DNA from: Hemiscyllium ocellatum
Lineage: Eukaryota
Direction of reading: 5' to 3'
DNA length: 64,000 nucleotides
Assembly: GCF_020745735.1 (NCBI RefSeq)
Contig: NC_083453.1
Location: 15,755,849-15,819,848, forward strand
Shown here: piece by piece, positions 24,214 through 38,514 of the stretch
Position numbering within the stretch: position 1 is the stretch's first letter
How the letters are laid out: each line of letters opens with the position of its first letter
Notes under the pieces: generated by a model
Seen by the model: only the letters and a program-made list of their open reading frames with translations
What the model was told of the DNA's origin: nothing
Databases searched by the model: none
Program-made: the position numbers and the translations under genes

Positions 24214-26885
24214 CCACAAATCTATGGCACTGAATGACATAGGGTCGGATGATGTGGAGTCTGTGTGGGTGGAATTGAGGAACCACAAAGGCAAAAAAAA
24301 ACATAATGGGAGTTGTGTACAGACCTCCTAACAGTGGTCAGGACCAGGGGCGCAACATGTACCGGGAAATAGAGAAGGCATGTCAGAAAGGCAAGATCAC
24401 GGTGATCATGGGGGACTTCAATATGCAAGTGGACTGGGTAAATAATGTTGCCAGTGGATCCAAAGAAAGGGAATTCTTGGAATGCTTACAGGATGGCTTT
24501 TTGGAACAGCTTGTCATGGAGCCCACAAGGGAGCAGGCTATTTTGGACCTAGTGCTATGTAATGAACCAGACTTTATAAAAGATCTTAAAGTAAGGGAAC
24601 ACTTAGGAAGCAGCGATCATAATATGGTAGAGTTCAGTCGGCGGTTTGAAAGAGAGAAGGCAAAATTCAATGTAATGGTGTTGCAGTTAAACAAAGGTAA
24701 TTATGAGGGCATGAGAGAGGAAATGACGAAAATCGACTGGAAGCAGAGCCTAGCAGGGAAGACAGTAGAGCAAAAATGGCAGGAATTTGTGGGTATAATT
24801 GAGGACACAGTACAGAGGTTCATCTTCAAGAAAAGAAAGATTATCCGGGGAGGGATTAGACAGCCATGGCTGACAAAGGAAGTCAGGAAATGTATCAAAG
24901 AAAAAGAGAGATCCTATAAAGTGGCCAAGAGCCTGGGAAATCAGAAGATTGGGAAGGCTACAAAAACAAACAGAGGATAACAAAGAAAGAAATAAGGAAG
25001 GAGAGGATCAAATATGAAGATAGGCTAGCCAGTAATATTAGAAATGATAGTAAAAGTTTCTCTCTATACATAAGAAACAAATGACGGGTAAAAGTAGACA
25101 TTGGGCCACTGCAAACTGATGCTGGAAGGCTAGTGATGGGAGATAAGGAAATAGCTGGAGAACGTAATAAGTACTTTGCGTCAGTCTTCACAGTGGAAGA
25201 CATGAGTAATATCCCAACAATTAAAGGGAGTCGGGGGCTGAGTTGAGTATGGTTGCCATTACAAAAGAGATAGTGCTAGAAAAGCTAAAAGGTCTTAAAA
25301 TTGGCAAATCTCCTGGCCCCGATGGGCTATATCCTAGAGTTCTGAGGAAGGTGGCTGAGGAAATAGTGGAGCGTTGGTTGAGATCTTTCAAAAGTCACGG
25401 GAGTCAGGGAAAGTCCTGGATGATTGGAAGACCGCTGTTGTAACCCCATTGTTCAAGAAAGGATCAAGATAAAAGATGGAAAATTATAGGCCAATTAGCC
25501 TAACCTCAGTTGTTGGTAAAATTCTAGAATCCATCGTTAAGGATGAGGTTTCTAAATTCTTGGAAGAGCAGGGTCAGATTAGAACAAATCAACATGGATT
25601 TAGTAAGGGGATGTCATGCCTGACAAACCTGTTAGAATTCTTTGAAGAGGTGACAAATAGGTTAGATCAGGGAAACCCAGTGGATGTGGTCTATCTAGAC
25701 TTCCAAAAGGCCTTTGATAAGGTGCCGCACAGAAGGTTGCTGAGTAAGGTGAGGGCCCATGGTGTTCGAGGTGAGCTACTGGCATGGATTCAGGATTGGC
25801 TGTCTGACAGAAGGCAGAGAGTTGGGATAAGAGGTTCTTTTTCAGAATGGCAGCCAGTGACAAGCGGTGTCCCACAGGGTTCAGTGTTGGGGCCACAGCT
25901 GTTCACATTATATATTAATGATCTGGATGAAGGGACTGGGGGCATTCTAGCGAAGTTTGCCGATGATACGAAGATAGGTGGATAGGCAGGTAGTACTGAG
26001 GAAGTGGGGAGGTTGCAGAAGGATCTAGACAATTTGGGAGAGTGGTCCAGGAAATGGCTGATGAAGTTCAATGTGAGCAAATGCGAGGTCTTGCACTTTG
26101 GAAAAAAGAATACAAGCATGGACTACTTTCTAAATGGAGAGAAAATTCGTCAAGGCAAAGTACAAAGGGATCTGGGCGTGCTAGTCGAGGATTCTCTAAA
26201 GGTAAACATGCAGGTTGAATCTGTGATTAAGACAGCGAATGCAATGTTGTCATTTATCTCAACAGGGTTGGAATATAAAATCAGCGATGTGCTACTGAGA
26301 CTTTATAAAGCTCTGGTTAGGCCCCATTTGGAGTACTGTGTCCAGTTTTGGTCCCCACACCTCAAGAGGGACATACTGGCACTGGAACGTGTCCAGCGGA
26401 GATTCACACAGATGATCCCTGGAATGGTAGGTCTAACATACGAGGAATGGCTGAGGATCCTGGGATTGTATTCATTGGAGTTTAGAAGATTAAGGGGAGA
26501 TCTAATAGAAACTTACAAGATAATACATGGCTTGGAAAGGGTGGACGCTAAGAAATTGTTTCCGTTAGGCAAGGAGACTAGGACCCGTGGGCACAGCCTT
26601 AGAATTAGAGGGGGTCAATTCAGAACAGAAATGCGGAGACATTTCTTCAGCCAGAGAGTGGTGGGCCTGTGGAATTCGTTGCTGCAGAGTGCAGTGGAGG
26701 CCGGGACGTTAAATGTCTTCAAGGCAGAGATTGATAAATTCTTGATGTCACAAGGAATTAAGGGCTACGGGGAGAATGCGGGTAAGTGGAGTGGAAATGC
26801 CCATCAGCCATGATTGAATGGCGGAGTGCACTCGATGGGCCGAATGACCTTACTTCCGCTCCTATGTCTTATAGTCTTATGGTCT
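24214..26885 (+). mobile_element. CR1-clade LINE, 5'-truncated; ORF2 (APE C-terminal part and RT) broken by a few stops/frameshifts
   Basis: ORFs 24306..24980 (GVVYRPP, MGDFN, SDHN), 25476..25985 ([25 protein letters not shown]) and 26004..26813. (tcttatg)n tail; 7-bp direct repeat tatatca at both ends. Confidence 0.93.
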
Positions 26886-28314
26886 TATATCATTCCTACC
26901 TGGTCTAGCCTACATATAACTCCAGACCCAAAGAAATGTGATTGTAGGTATTAAGGAATGGTCTAGCCAGTGATGCCCATCTCCCACAAAAAGAGGAAAA
27001 AAATACACTCATATTAAGAAGTCTGCATGCACACGATCCCTCTACAAATGCTAAAGCGAAGGGAGTTACAGACCCGGGGATGGTAAAGCAGGAGCACAGA
27101 ATGTCAAAACTCTGAAAGGCTCTCATACTTAATCCTAAAAAGCTGTATGTACTTGTTAAGTCTGGAATACCTGCTGAGGACCACCATACCAAAGTAATGA
27201 GCCATCCATCATCATTGAAAACCGATCTCTAACCTTAATACTTCAAGTATGCCTAAGGTACCCCATCAGACAGACTTCACTCTAAAGACTAAAGGCCAGC
27301 CCCAAAGTCAATTGCCTCTCAAGCGTAAGGTGTCACCGGGTTACCGACCCATCACGACTTTGAACTTTTCTTTTCATGGTTTTAACAAAGTAGAATTGTT
27401 GGATTTCACTGTGCAGTATAAATATACACACACAAACACTTGCATAAATATGTACGCATTAATGTACAAATCTATGCAAGTGCACACAACCACATCATAT
27501 GCACGCGCTGATTCGCATACATAGACGTACACACAAACACATGCATATAGACACCCAATACACATGTACGCGCACACAAAATCACACATTCACCTGATCA
27601 CCCTCACTCTCTCAGGGCTCAGGCACGCAGACACATAGATTAATCCAGTGACACTCACCCAGGGGCTAAAACCAAACACTGAGATCTTTTCCATTCTATT
27701 TATTATGCAGAATATTTCCTGCACAGATATCCAGCAAATGAAAAATAAACCACTTGATCAGAGAAGCAAACGTTTTTAAATAACCCATTTTCACATCTCA
27801 TGCTAGTGAACATGAACTGGGCCAACATTAGGGAGCCCAATGCTGCAACGATTAATTAACTTGACCTCCTAACACACTGATCTGGGCAGCGTTTTATTAA
27901 TGACCCACAGGGCAAAAGCCCTCTACCTTTTCACAAACATACAAAAATAGCTCTATATGTGTTCAGTCAGAAATGATATATTTCTACTAACTGTTTATAG
28001 CGCTTCTACGCTGCAGGCAACATGCACCTCCTGCCCCGTATCCCCTCTCACAATGGGGTGTACTCCACAAAACACTTAGAAAATTGCTCCTTTTCAAGAC
28101 ATTTTACAATCTTTCAGAGTAGCAAGGTGCGCTAATTTTCATATGTTATCCCTCACTCCGAATTCCTGCCTGGGGACTTTGCAGCGCAGATATGAGTAGT
28201 ATATTCCACCTCATCCCATCCAAAATCCTTGCTCTTTGGATAACAAATGGTTTGCTTTGCAATTTCGGTTTAACGCAAGTTCGAGGAATACTGTCTTATG
28301 GGGAAGCATTCTGG

Positions 28315-28776
28315 CTACATGCAGATGCTGAGTTCTTTTCGGACAGCGCATTGTCTGCACTGCACCACACAGCACCAATGGAAGCGACATTGGCAGTTTT
28401 CCTGGAAGCTCACTGTCTCCTCCCGGTGCCCCCGGCCACAGCACAGGAGATCACAGCCACTGACATCCATAGCTGTGCCATTGCACACCCTGCCCCGCGT
28501 CCCTGGAGAACCAGTGCGCCTGTTGGGGAGGCAGAAATCGGGGGACTCGGCAGAGTAAATCAGGTCCTGTTTATCTGGCTGTTTGATGTTGTGCCCCACT
28601 GGGATCAATGTCTTCCCATCATTGCCGCCCATCACCTTGAAGGCGCCATTGAAGCGGTCCAGTAGGCGGTCGCCAACCTCGCGGAAATGGGGCATTTTCT
28701 TCCAGCAAGTCTTAACAGCACAGGAGCCGGACAGGCCATGACATTTACACTCAGTTCGCATGTAATTCTTAATCAT
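28315..28776 (-). CDS. wnt6: Wnt6-family last coding exon (MIKNYMRTECKCHGLSGSC...RKELSICM*); full CDS 1062 nt, 353 aa
   Basis: ORF 28315..28845. RTECKCHGLSGSC and CRFHWCCVVQC..RKELS match Wnt6. cag acceptor at 28779-28777, TAG stop. Confidence 0.95.
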   Translation of the reverse strand: MIKNYMRTECKCHGLSGSCAVKTCWKKMPHFREVGDRLLDRFNGAFKVMGGNDGKTLIPVGHNIKQPDKQDLIYSAESPDFCLPNRRTGSPGTRGRVCNGTAMDVSGCDLLCCGRGHREETVSFQENCQCRFHWCCVVQCRQCAVRKELSICM

Positions 28777-29049
28777 CTGAAGTTCAAGACGATAGCGGAG
28801 AGAGAGAAACAAGACTTTAACAATATATTTCATGAACATTGTCATTGAAACAACACAAAAACCGCATTGAACTGGTTGACTGGAAGGAGACAGAAGTTTG
28901 ATCTGTACAAGAAATTGATTTTATGCAGCAATTAATTGACTTTGCGCTTGCTATGAAGAATGACATTCCATTGAAATGAGATACGTTTTAAATGCTAGTC
29001 TTGTACGTGAGAGGGGAAATGCAACAGATGGTTATGCTAACAATTAAAT

Positions 29050-29230
29050 GAAGGCTCGCATTTATATAGCGGCTTTCATTTTGTTTTCTGGCCAACTCAA
29101 AGTGTTTGACAGCCTCTCACGTTTTGAAGTGTAGTTACTGTAGTGATGTAGAAAACATGGCAGCAAGCTTTGCACACGGCAGACTCCCCACACCAAGCAA
29201 TGGCATAAGGAACAAATAGTCTATTTTGTG
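29050..29230 (-). mobile_element. Deu-type SINE 3' fragment
   Basis: gcatttatatagcgg...ttttgaagtgtagttactgtagtgatgtagaaaacatggcagc is homologous to 5668-5830. Confidence 0.55.
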
Positions 29231-32200
29231 GATTCTGCTCCAACAGGTTGATGGTATTTGTGTTCCACACAAGGCTCCTGTAACCTTTTCTATCATGTAA
29301 AACTATGTAAAAAGTTAGCTTAAAAGAAAAGTGATCTTGTAAAAGGTGAATACAAAATTAACACTCTCAGGGTTTGTGTTTCATTTATTATGTTTATGTT
29401 GAATAAAAGCATCCTGGTGCAAACGACACTTCTGCTTTGCTAATGTGTCTGTGTTAATTCAAAAGAACATTCCAGTTCGACTACACTGAGGCAGTTGGTC
29501 TCTGCATTATTATCAGTATGTTCTTAGGCAACCGGTGGGACTTCAGAATTTGTGTTGTAAACACAGGAGACTTGACTATATAGTTAAGAATATTGCTACC
29601 CAGTGACAGAAAGTTTGGACGAGGTGTGACCTTCCATTTAAATAGTAAATAATACACTACCGCTTTTAAGGGCCCTAATTGGTTCCTCAACATGTGCCAC
29701 TGATAAATACAAGCACATGTACTTCGAGACAGAAGCATATCTATTCAGAAGTTCAAACTCACTCAAATATTTGGATTAACACATATTAAACACTGATTTC
29801 GGCCAATGAAGTAACTTCGAGTTGAACTCACTATTGCAATTATGATTGTTGTAACTGAGGATTTACATATAAATTCTTCTGTCTATGTTTGCAGTGAAGG
29901 CTACTCTTATATGTTTGTCACTGTAGCTGTACCCTCGTCCTATCCCCATCAGTAAATATACTTCAGTGGCATCATTGGTGGGGGAATGGGATATTGACAA
30001 TCCTAGTGTAGATGTAGACAATGGAGTTAATAATAAAGTACAAAAATAAGAATGATTTTACAATGGAACTGAATTACATTCGCCTCCCTTGGTTCAATGA
30101 CACACATACTCTAATTCTGCTACACCTAAAGACTACTTTTGATCATCACTCTGCGTTTTCAACTTTTTTTTTCTATGAAGTCTCTTAAATGTCAAGATTT
30201 GTTGTGGAAATTGTCAATCTGAACCGGTCAAGCTGTAATGACACCCTCCTGCCAGTGGTAGTGCTGCAGTGCTTTCTCGGGGGGTGAGGTGGAGGCGGGC
30301 ATGGTTTAACAAAAAGGGGCCAAGGACACAGAAAAAGCACTCACGTTGAGGCCTGTCAGATTGTTAATCAGCCGGGGAATATTTCGCATTACTTCACATA
30401 ATTCTGTAAGGGAAGAGTGGAAAGATACAAAAGCAACGTCCATGCTACCCTGTCAGATATTTAATCTACCTGAAAATTCTTCCACTACTTCATGCTGCTG
30501 TTCAATGAAAAAGTGTGAAAATAAACAACTTATAGGAAGGTGTAATTAATTCGTGACAAATTTATTCAGGCAGTTTTAATTATAAATGAGGTCATAGGAG
30601 CTTATAATGGGAAAATATAAATCAAGTAGATTGACCACTTTAAAACGGGGATTTTACTATTTCTGGAATTCCTGGTCAGTTACCCCTAGTCTCTAACCAA
30701 ATTTTACCTGAAGACTACACTTGACTTACCATGACCAACTATCAGTACATATAACTATTCATACACATTCAAATTAACGTTTCAAAAATGTTGCATACAG
30801 TGTGAGAGAGGGATGAATGCTATGTGTTGGTACCATTGCAAACAGATATTTTCTTGACTTGCTATTTACAGTAAAATTATAAATGTATTATTATAATGAA
30901 TAATAAATGCACATATAATGAATCTAGGCTTTTTGTTCTGCTGCCATTATACGCAGTAATCGGAACTCTATTTCCTGTGAAATTCTAGTGTACTGGAACA
31001 TTTTAAAATTTCAAAAATTCCCTCTGGCAATTATTGCAAATGCAAATGTATGTGCTGAAAGAACAAGTTCTCTAAGAGATGTTTCTGTACTTTCCACAGA
31101 AACTAGTCTCAAACCATAATACTGTATTCTTAAGTACTGAAAAGTGTTTATATGTTACATTATGTGATCGCTTTCTGTGAATGCCGAATATAACGTGGAA
31201 GGAATGGCACACTCTTAAAAGAACACTTTTGCTCATGTGAAAAATGAATATTTCAAAATGATTTGTTCTAAAATAATGTTCACATGTCCTAAAAAGGTTT
31301 ACAGGTTCTTAAACGTATGTGGTAAAATAATGTGTTCAGTGTTCTGCAAGATGTGTTCTAAAAGGTCGTGTTTTAAGAGAATGCATGAAAATGTATTTGA
31401 AAACACGTGTTTTAAGGATGTTATTTGTTCTTTTCTAAAATATTCTGTTTCTGTAGTCCAAAAGATTGCAATTAGATGTCCAAAATATTTGCATGGCTGA
31501 ATATGTGTTAATGTTCTAAAGTTATGAACTCCAAAAATATGTTTGAGATTCGTTGGGACTGAACAAAGGAAATCTTCACTAACACACTCAAAACGTTACG
31601 ACACGTTGCGCCCATAGGAATTCTGACCCCCACATGAGTTAACTACCTTAACAACCACACACTCAGAGTTGACAGCAAAAAGATTGCTCCAGATAAACAC
31701 ATATCTTCAGCACAGTGCAGGCAATCGGCTCTTTTTAAAGTCCAACATTGCGAATATTTATATCAAATTACTGTACCAGTATTCAGTACTCTAGAGAATC
31801 ATAAATTCTCTATGTTGGCTCATTTTGCAGACATGGGCACTGACCTGAGACAATGAATTTTCTGTGTCTCAATCTACATATCAGGTCCATCAGCAACTTC
31901 AATCTATCGTTCAATTGTTTCTATTCAGGTCTGCTATGCATTTTGCAATAAGATTATCTAGGTTTGCTATACCTGTAATTGGAATTTGCTTCATTGAAAG
32001 TGTACTTTGTTGAAATATTTCATCAGGATTTGAACAGGTAAACAGTTAAACTATTTAGCATGATACAGGTATTCAAGGCATGGATTGTGAACATGTAGTG
32101 CACCAGAATTTTGTTTAGCATTTGCAAAAGTAAAATCTTAATTACATATTGGACATTACATGACCCAAACGTTAAGTCATTTCCAGAGGGTGTTTTTTTT

Positions 32201-34974
32201 TAACTGCAATTTTAGCATTTCACACAAGTTGCTACATGACAACGCTCCATTTAACTAATGATGCAGGATTTTTACGTTCATTCCAATAAACAAAAAAAAG
32301 TCCACTGTACAAATTATGTTACCTTTTGTCATCTCTCACTAAACAGAAATTTGGCAAAATGCTTTGATGTTCAGTAATTACATTACCAATGAGCCCTTAA
32401 CCTAGAAATTACTATTGCTGATATCTTCAGATCAAAGCACAAAAACATAAAAATTTGAAACCTCCTCTGCCACTCAGTAAGATCAAGGCTGATCTGGTTG
32501 CAACCTATTTACCTCCAATAACTCTTAACTCCCTTGTCAATCAAAAATCTGTCTAACTCAGCTTTAAATAAATTCAATGACACACACTGTGATGACAATT
32601 TCAAGTTCGCATTTACCAACTTAATTTAAGTAGGTGACAGAGCTACAAAAACAGAGGTGACGTATGAAGGTAGCACAAATATTCCAGCACTACACTCGAG
32701 CTTGCTTTGTTTCAGTTCACCTTTTCCTCTTTGGTTTTAGCCTTGGAGGGCTTCGACAGTGGCAAGTGGTTTCCAGGCAACCTTAATCTAATGTTAGATT
32801 TAAGAAGTCTCAGTGTTAACAGTCAACAGCCATGTACCGATATGAAAACAACACCCTGAAGCTTGAATATCAGTAGTTTAAGTGGTTCTGTGACTATTTA
32901 TGTTGAAAATTAGTTTAGCAAGAAGATTGAAGAAGGTCCTTCTACTAGTACAAAAGAGCAATGATGAGGATTGAAAATGATACACAATAGGCACACTGGG
33001 GTAGTTTTTAATGTGTGTGCTTACTGCCTGGAGGGTGAACATGCAATCCTATGATTTAGAAGCAGAAGTAGGCAATTTGGCCCCGAGAGCCTGTTCAAAA
33101 AGATCATGGTTGATCTGTTTGTGGCCTCAACCTCACTTTCTTGTTTGGATGTGATAACCATTGACTCTCTCATTTAGCATTGCCGAGGCAGCCGAGAGAT
33201 AAGGAAATCAGCTGGGAAGAATTACACCATCTGCATTTCTTTGAAGTTAATTTAAAGGAGCAGCATAAACATTTACAGTAACTGGTTTATCAACTGAAAA
33301 GCTATCAAGGAAATATAATTTGGAAACCATCAGTTCACAACCTGAAATGAATAATGAATGTGCGTATTCATTGACATCTTTTATTTATGGTACAGTAATG
33401 GTGAGACTGCCCTATCCAATCTCCTAATACAGCTTGTAAATACAGACCCTTGTCACCTGTCTTTCAGATTGGAATCCAGTTCAGGCTGATTGGGGTTATC
33501 TTGTTTCTCAGTAGAGACTAAGTAATACAGTTACTGAGATTGCTGCCTTTTCACCTCTGGGACATGGTTTAAAGTCTACCCCAAAAATAACTTTATAGGT
33601 TTGCAGTTTAGGTCAGTTCCCTATAAATCAAATTGCCTTAAAAGTCATCAAGTGATTCACTGTTTTAACTTTTAGTGAGTTCTACTACAGCTACGCAGAA
33701 TATAAATACAGTTTTGCACAGTAGGGTTTGAATTAACAGTGATTGAAATGCTTTCACACCATTTCTAGAACAATGCTGAAATGAACATTTAATAAAGTTG
33801 TTTAGTTTAACTTAAATCAGCATTGCAACTGTACTGAAGGTGAAAGGACATGGTAGTTACTAAACGAAGGTATGAAATTGATAAAGTCACTGGCCCTGCT
33901 AACCACTGAAAGTATTGATGCTGGATGAATGTCCAGGTTCTAGTGGAAAGATGTTTTAACTAAATAGTCAGAGATTGCTCAATAATCTAGTTAATCTCTT
34001 GATGATAGGGAAATAATGAATAGTATACATTACCAGCACCTTTATGCCTCTTTATATATAGAACACCAATGCACCTCTGTATTAAGAAGAGATTATGGAC
34101 TTTACTGGTGATTAAGCATTGAATACTGCCAGTGTAAGACTATGTACTGGAGTATTGTCATTGGTCCATATTCACTTTCAAATTGGATACTTTGTTCCCT
34201 CACTATTGCCTGCTATGCTCTATGTGGGTATTAGGTCTGTTAAAGATAAATGCATCTGACATGTCCATCTTTTATTGGTCATGTAACATGTTACTTACTC
34301 ATTACCTTTCAAAAATGATTCTATTCAAATACATTTAAAGAGTGTGCTGACACTTGGTCCATTGGTGAAAAAATCTTCCTCTTCAGACTGTGTTGAAATT
34401 GATTCGTGCATATATATTCCACTTTGAACAGAATTACATTTATATTTTATGGAGAACTAAGGTTTAGTTTTGACATGGAAAAGCACGAGAACGGACAAAC
34501 TCAATATTTTGGGGGTAGAATGAGATAGCGTGAATATATTAATATTTGCAAAGAAGTCAAAGTTAACCAGAACATTTGAAGTGCACTGTGGCATCTCTGC
34601 TTTTTCACTAGTAGAACCTGTGTTGCATTGCGCAAGCTGTTCTTCAAGGATGTCACCCAGTGCACTGCAGGTCCTCTGCTGCTGGGACTGATAGCTCCTC
34701 TATGACATTGACTTGGAGTTCTAAAAGAAAAGTTACTTTTAATCAAGTTGTTGGACATGTTGCAGCATACCTAGAGGGCAGGTGGGACCTTCTGATCCAG
34801 ATATAAGGACACTACCCCAATGCCACAAGGCTTGTACCAGTGACTTGGAGATCCACTATTTTAAATGCTAACTGATCGTCCAAATTAAATAGAGGATAGC
34901 GCTGACAGCTCCCAAGGGGTGAAGTAACAAAAGTCCAAACCACAAATTAAAATTAAAATATTATTTTGGGGGAT

Positions 34975-35537
34975 GATGATGATGCAGCTGTACAGGACAT
35001 TGGTTAGGCCATTTTTGGAATATTGCATGCAAGTCTGGTGTCCTTCCTTTCGGAAAGATGTTGTAAAACTTGAGAGGGTTCAGAAAAGATTTACAAGGAT
35101 GTTTCCAGGATTGGAGGATTTGAGCTATAGGGAGAGGCTGAACAAGCTGGGGTTGTTTTCCCTGAAGCATCAGAGGCTGAGGAGTGACCTTAATGAGGCT
35201 TATAAAATCATGAAGGGCATGATAAAGTCTTTTCCCTGAGGTGGGGGAGTCCAGAACTAGAGGGCATAGGTTTAAGGTGAGAAGGGAAAGATATAAAAGA
35301 GACCTCAGGGACAACTTTTTCACACAGAGTGTGATGTGTGTATGGAATGAGTTGCCAGAGGAAGTGGTGGAGGCTGATATAATTACAGCATTTGAAAGGC
35401 ATCTGGAAGGGTTTAGAAGGATATGGGCCAAATGCTGGCAAATGAGACTGGATTAGGTTAGGATATCTGGTCGGCATGGACAAGTTGGACCGATGGGTCT
35501 GTTTCCAAGCTGTACATCTCTCTGACTCTATGACTCT
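34975..35537 (+). mobile_element. CR1 LINE 3' fragment
   Basis: ORFs 34973..35239 and 35241..35456. Confidence 0.88.
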
Positions 35538-36734
35538 AGTGCTTAGTATCTCACCTGCTATTTAGTGCATGGCAGGAAATTACTTCAATGCAATCAATTC
35601 CCTCTTTTGTTCAGTTTAATCAGCCCATAGCATCAAAGTTACCAATTGTGATACTCATGATAATATTGACTGATTTCTGCAAAATCCATATTTGTTATGC
35701 AACCAAAAAAACACAGCTCCATATGAATTTCTATTTCTGGCTAGTAATAGAACATCAGTACACAATTGTCATCCACAATGTGGAGAAGCTGCATGCTTCA
35801 TGGCAAAGCAAACAGGTTAGGACTGAAACAAAGGTAATTTCATCAGGTGAGGAAGTCTTGAGGAGAGAGAAGAGTGGTTGGGAAGCAGTTTCATCTTAAA
35901 TTTTGGAGGGAGGTTTGATCAAGCTCCGAAAGAGAGACATTTGCACCTTATTGAGGAGAGACCAATTAAATTAGGGTTGTTAACTGCAGGATTGAGGTCA
36001 TACATTTGTGCTTCTCCCAGAGCTAGATCTTCAAATACTTTGCTCTAGAGACTAGTTAAGGCATAGATTGCCAGGTGGAAATCAGAAAAGGAGAGTACAG
36101 GGGATTTGGTTTGGTTTGAGCTGGCAGAGAGCCAGTATAGATATGATGGACAGAATGGTTTCCTTAAGTTCTCTGAAGTCCCATGAAAAACAAAGAGCAA
36201 GACACATCCAAGTTCCAATGAAAGCACCATCTCCTCTTAGCCACATACCACCCTGACTTACAAACCTACAAATGAACATACAAACTAGGACTAGAAATTG
36301 AGACTATGTTGCTGTTCCTTCATTGTTATTGCTCAAAGTCCTGGAACTCGCTCCCAAACAGCACTGTGAGTGTCTCTCTACCTGAACGACTACAACAGGT
36401 CAAGATGGTGGCTCATCACTACCCAAGGCAATTAGGGATGGACAACAAATGCTGGCCTGGCCAGGGAGTGAATTTTTAAAATAAACCTTGCCCATTTTCC
36501 CCTCCAGCAAAGGGAGTTGTCTGGGGGGGGGGGGGGGCTCTGATTTGTCAAAAGGATACAGACAGTGGTCATAACAACAGGAAACAGCACCTACCCTACA
36601 GTGATGAAATCTGGACGTGAAACTATCCTTAAATGTTTAACTAGTTGAATCTTTTCTTTTAAAAAATCGAACCAACTATGTGGAAGTAAGAATTCAAAAC
36701 GTTGCCAGTGGCAAGTCTGACTCTTTAACAAACA

Positions 36735-36840
36735 AAAAAACCCAGAAAGTGCTGGAAATATTCGGCAGGTCAGGTCGCCTCTGTGGAGAGAGAAACAGAA
36801 TTAACCTTTCAGGTCAGTGAGCCTCCCACAGAACTGGACA
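36735..36840 (-). mobile_element. Degenerate Penelope-like 3' end
   Basis: agaaagtgctggaaatattcggcaggtcagg...ctgtggagagagaaacagaattaacctttcagg resembles 1165-1255. Confidence 0.5.
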
Positions 36841-37079
36841 TGCTCCCACTGAATGGTGCCCAGTGGCAGTGTTCATTGATCTCGGACACTGCAGTAACTG
36901 GATGTTCCAGGAGTGCATTGAACAGTGGAATAAGTTGGCCTTTGGGCAGTCAGGATTCTACAGGCAAGCAGGAACAAGTGTTACTAATACTTAAGATACT
37001 TTGTTTCATAAGAAAATCACCCACACAGCAATTTGTGTGAAATAAAGTAGACCCGATTCTGATGGCACTTTGAACCTAC

Positions 37080-37381
37080 CAAGCGCCCAGCCTCGTTATT
37101 GTGCAGGTTAATCAAGGATTTGATGTCGTTCTGTCCTTGCTTCTTCTCGGCATCCATGAACTGCTTGGACTTGGCGTAGCTGAACTCCACGTCATCTCCA
37201 CATCCGCCCCACTCCCAGGCTGTGGCCTCAGTGCCAGGAGTAGGCGAGCGGGGCAGTGGCACCCGGTTCAGGGTGCGCTCACACCCGCACTGCAGCAGCT
37301 CGCCCATGCTGCAGGCCTGGCTCACCGTGTAGAGTACCCCAGCCGAGGTGACAGCAGAAACGAAGGCAGTCTCCCTGATAT
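37080..37381 (-). CDS. wnt6: Wnt6-family coding exon 3 (IRETAFV...QACSMGELLQCGC...WEWGGCGDDV...LHNNEAGRL)
   Basis: ORF 37017..37439. Polypyrimidine tract plus cag acceptor, gtaggt donor. Wnt6 signature QACSMGELLQCGC. Confidence 0.95.
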
Positions 37382-37849
37382 CTGGTGAGAAGAAGAGGGC
37401 TAGTATATGGCAAGTGGCCAACTGTATAACAGCCACCACACAAAATTAACCAGATACACAATGTATGGATTACATACAATGTATGAATGCCACCATAATC
37501 AAATGCATTCACACTGTAAAAGACCATTCAACTCAGGTTAATGCTGTGCTCCAGCTGCCTCTTGTCTCACCCATCACTTCCTATTCCTTTCTCTCCTTTG
37601 AACTGCACTGATACCATCTCCCATCACCACCCCCCCACGCCCACCCCCATCCAATATCAGTGCGTCCCACATTCACCCCTCTCTCTCTGGATTCATTTCG
37701 GCTCTGAGCGTTGGGTTGTTGTCTGCCCACGTGCAGACTCAGCCCAAAATCAAAACTTTGCCCAATTTCGCTGCCTGCCTGCCCTTGTCACACTCCAAGC
37801 TAAAACCTGTGCACCCGAGACCACACTTTTGGGGTTGGGACAAGGTAAC

Positions 37850-38190
37850 AGTGGGAGTCCAGGAATGTAAATGCAACCTGTTCCTAAATCTGGAATTAAA
37901 AAAAGCTGGTTTCACTAATAGTCATAAAACAACTGGGTTTTCCAAAAACTATCTGGTTCATTAATGTCCTTTAGGGAAGGAAACTGCCGTCCTTCCATGG
38001 TCTGGCCTGCATGTGACTCCAGACCTGCAGCAATGTGGTTGACTCTTAACTGCCCTCTGAAATGGCACAGCAAGCCATTCAATTGTATCAAACTGTAACA
38101 GCAAAAGACTGTGGAGTCTCAAGAACAGTTCAGGGATGGGCAACACACGCTGGCCTTGCCAGTGCTAGCCACATCCCAAAACCGAATTTC
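37850..38190 (+). mobile_element. Same SINE family as 2130-2470
   Basis: atctggttcattaatgtcctttagggaaggaaactgccgtcc...gtggttgactcttaactgccctctg. Confidence 0.65.
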
Positions 38191-38514
38191 AAATGCAGAC
38201 AGTTAACCTGGTTGGTCACCATTGGCTGGTCAGGTTTGCTTCCTTGCTGATCCTTCACAGCCTCCCTGCGCAGTTTATAACTGGGAACCGAATGAGGGGA
38301 CCCAAAAAGAATCGGGTCGAGGTTTGGGAAACCAGGACTGTTGTTTTTAAAAATGCAATTAACAGTTTACATCCAGGAAGTGAATTACTTATTGAAAGTG
38401 ATTACGATGTGAACGTGTTCACACAGATAACACCAGACTGGAGGAAGGATTCCGATTGGGGAACAAGTGAGAGCGGATCAGGTAATGGGGGGGGTGGGAG
38501 GCATGAATACACCA

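Noticed and set aside
31230-31545. Faint ATGTGTTCTAAAA-like periodicity and an 87-aa ORF
   Set aside because: Too degenerate to define a unit; the ORF has no recognisable similarity.
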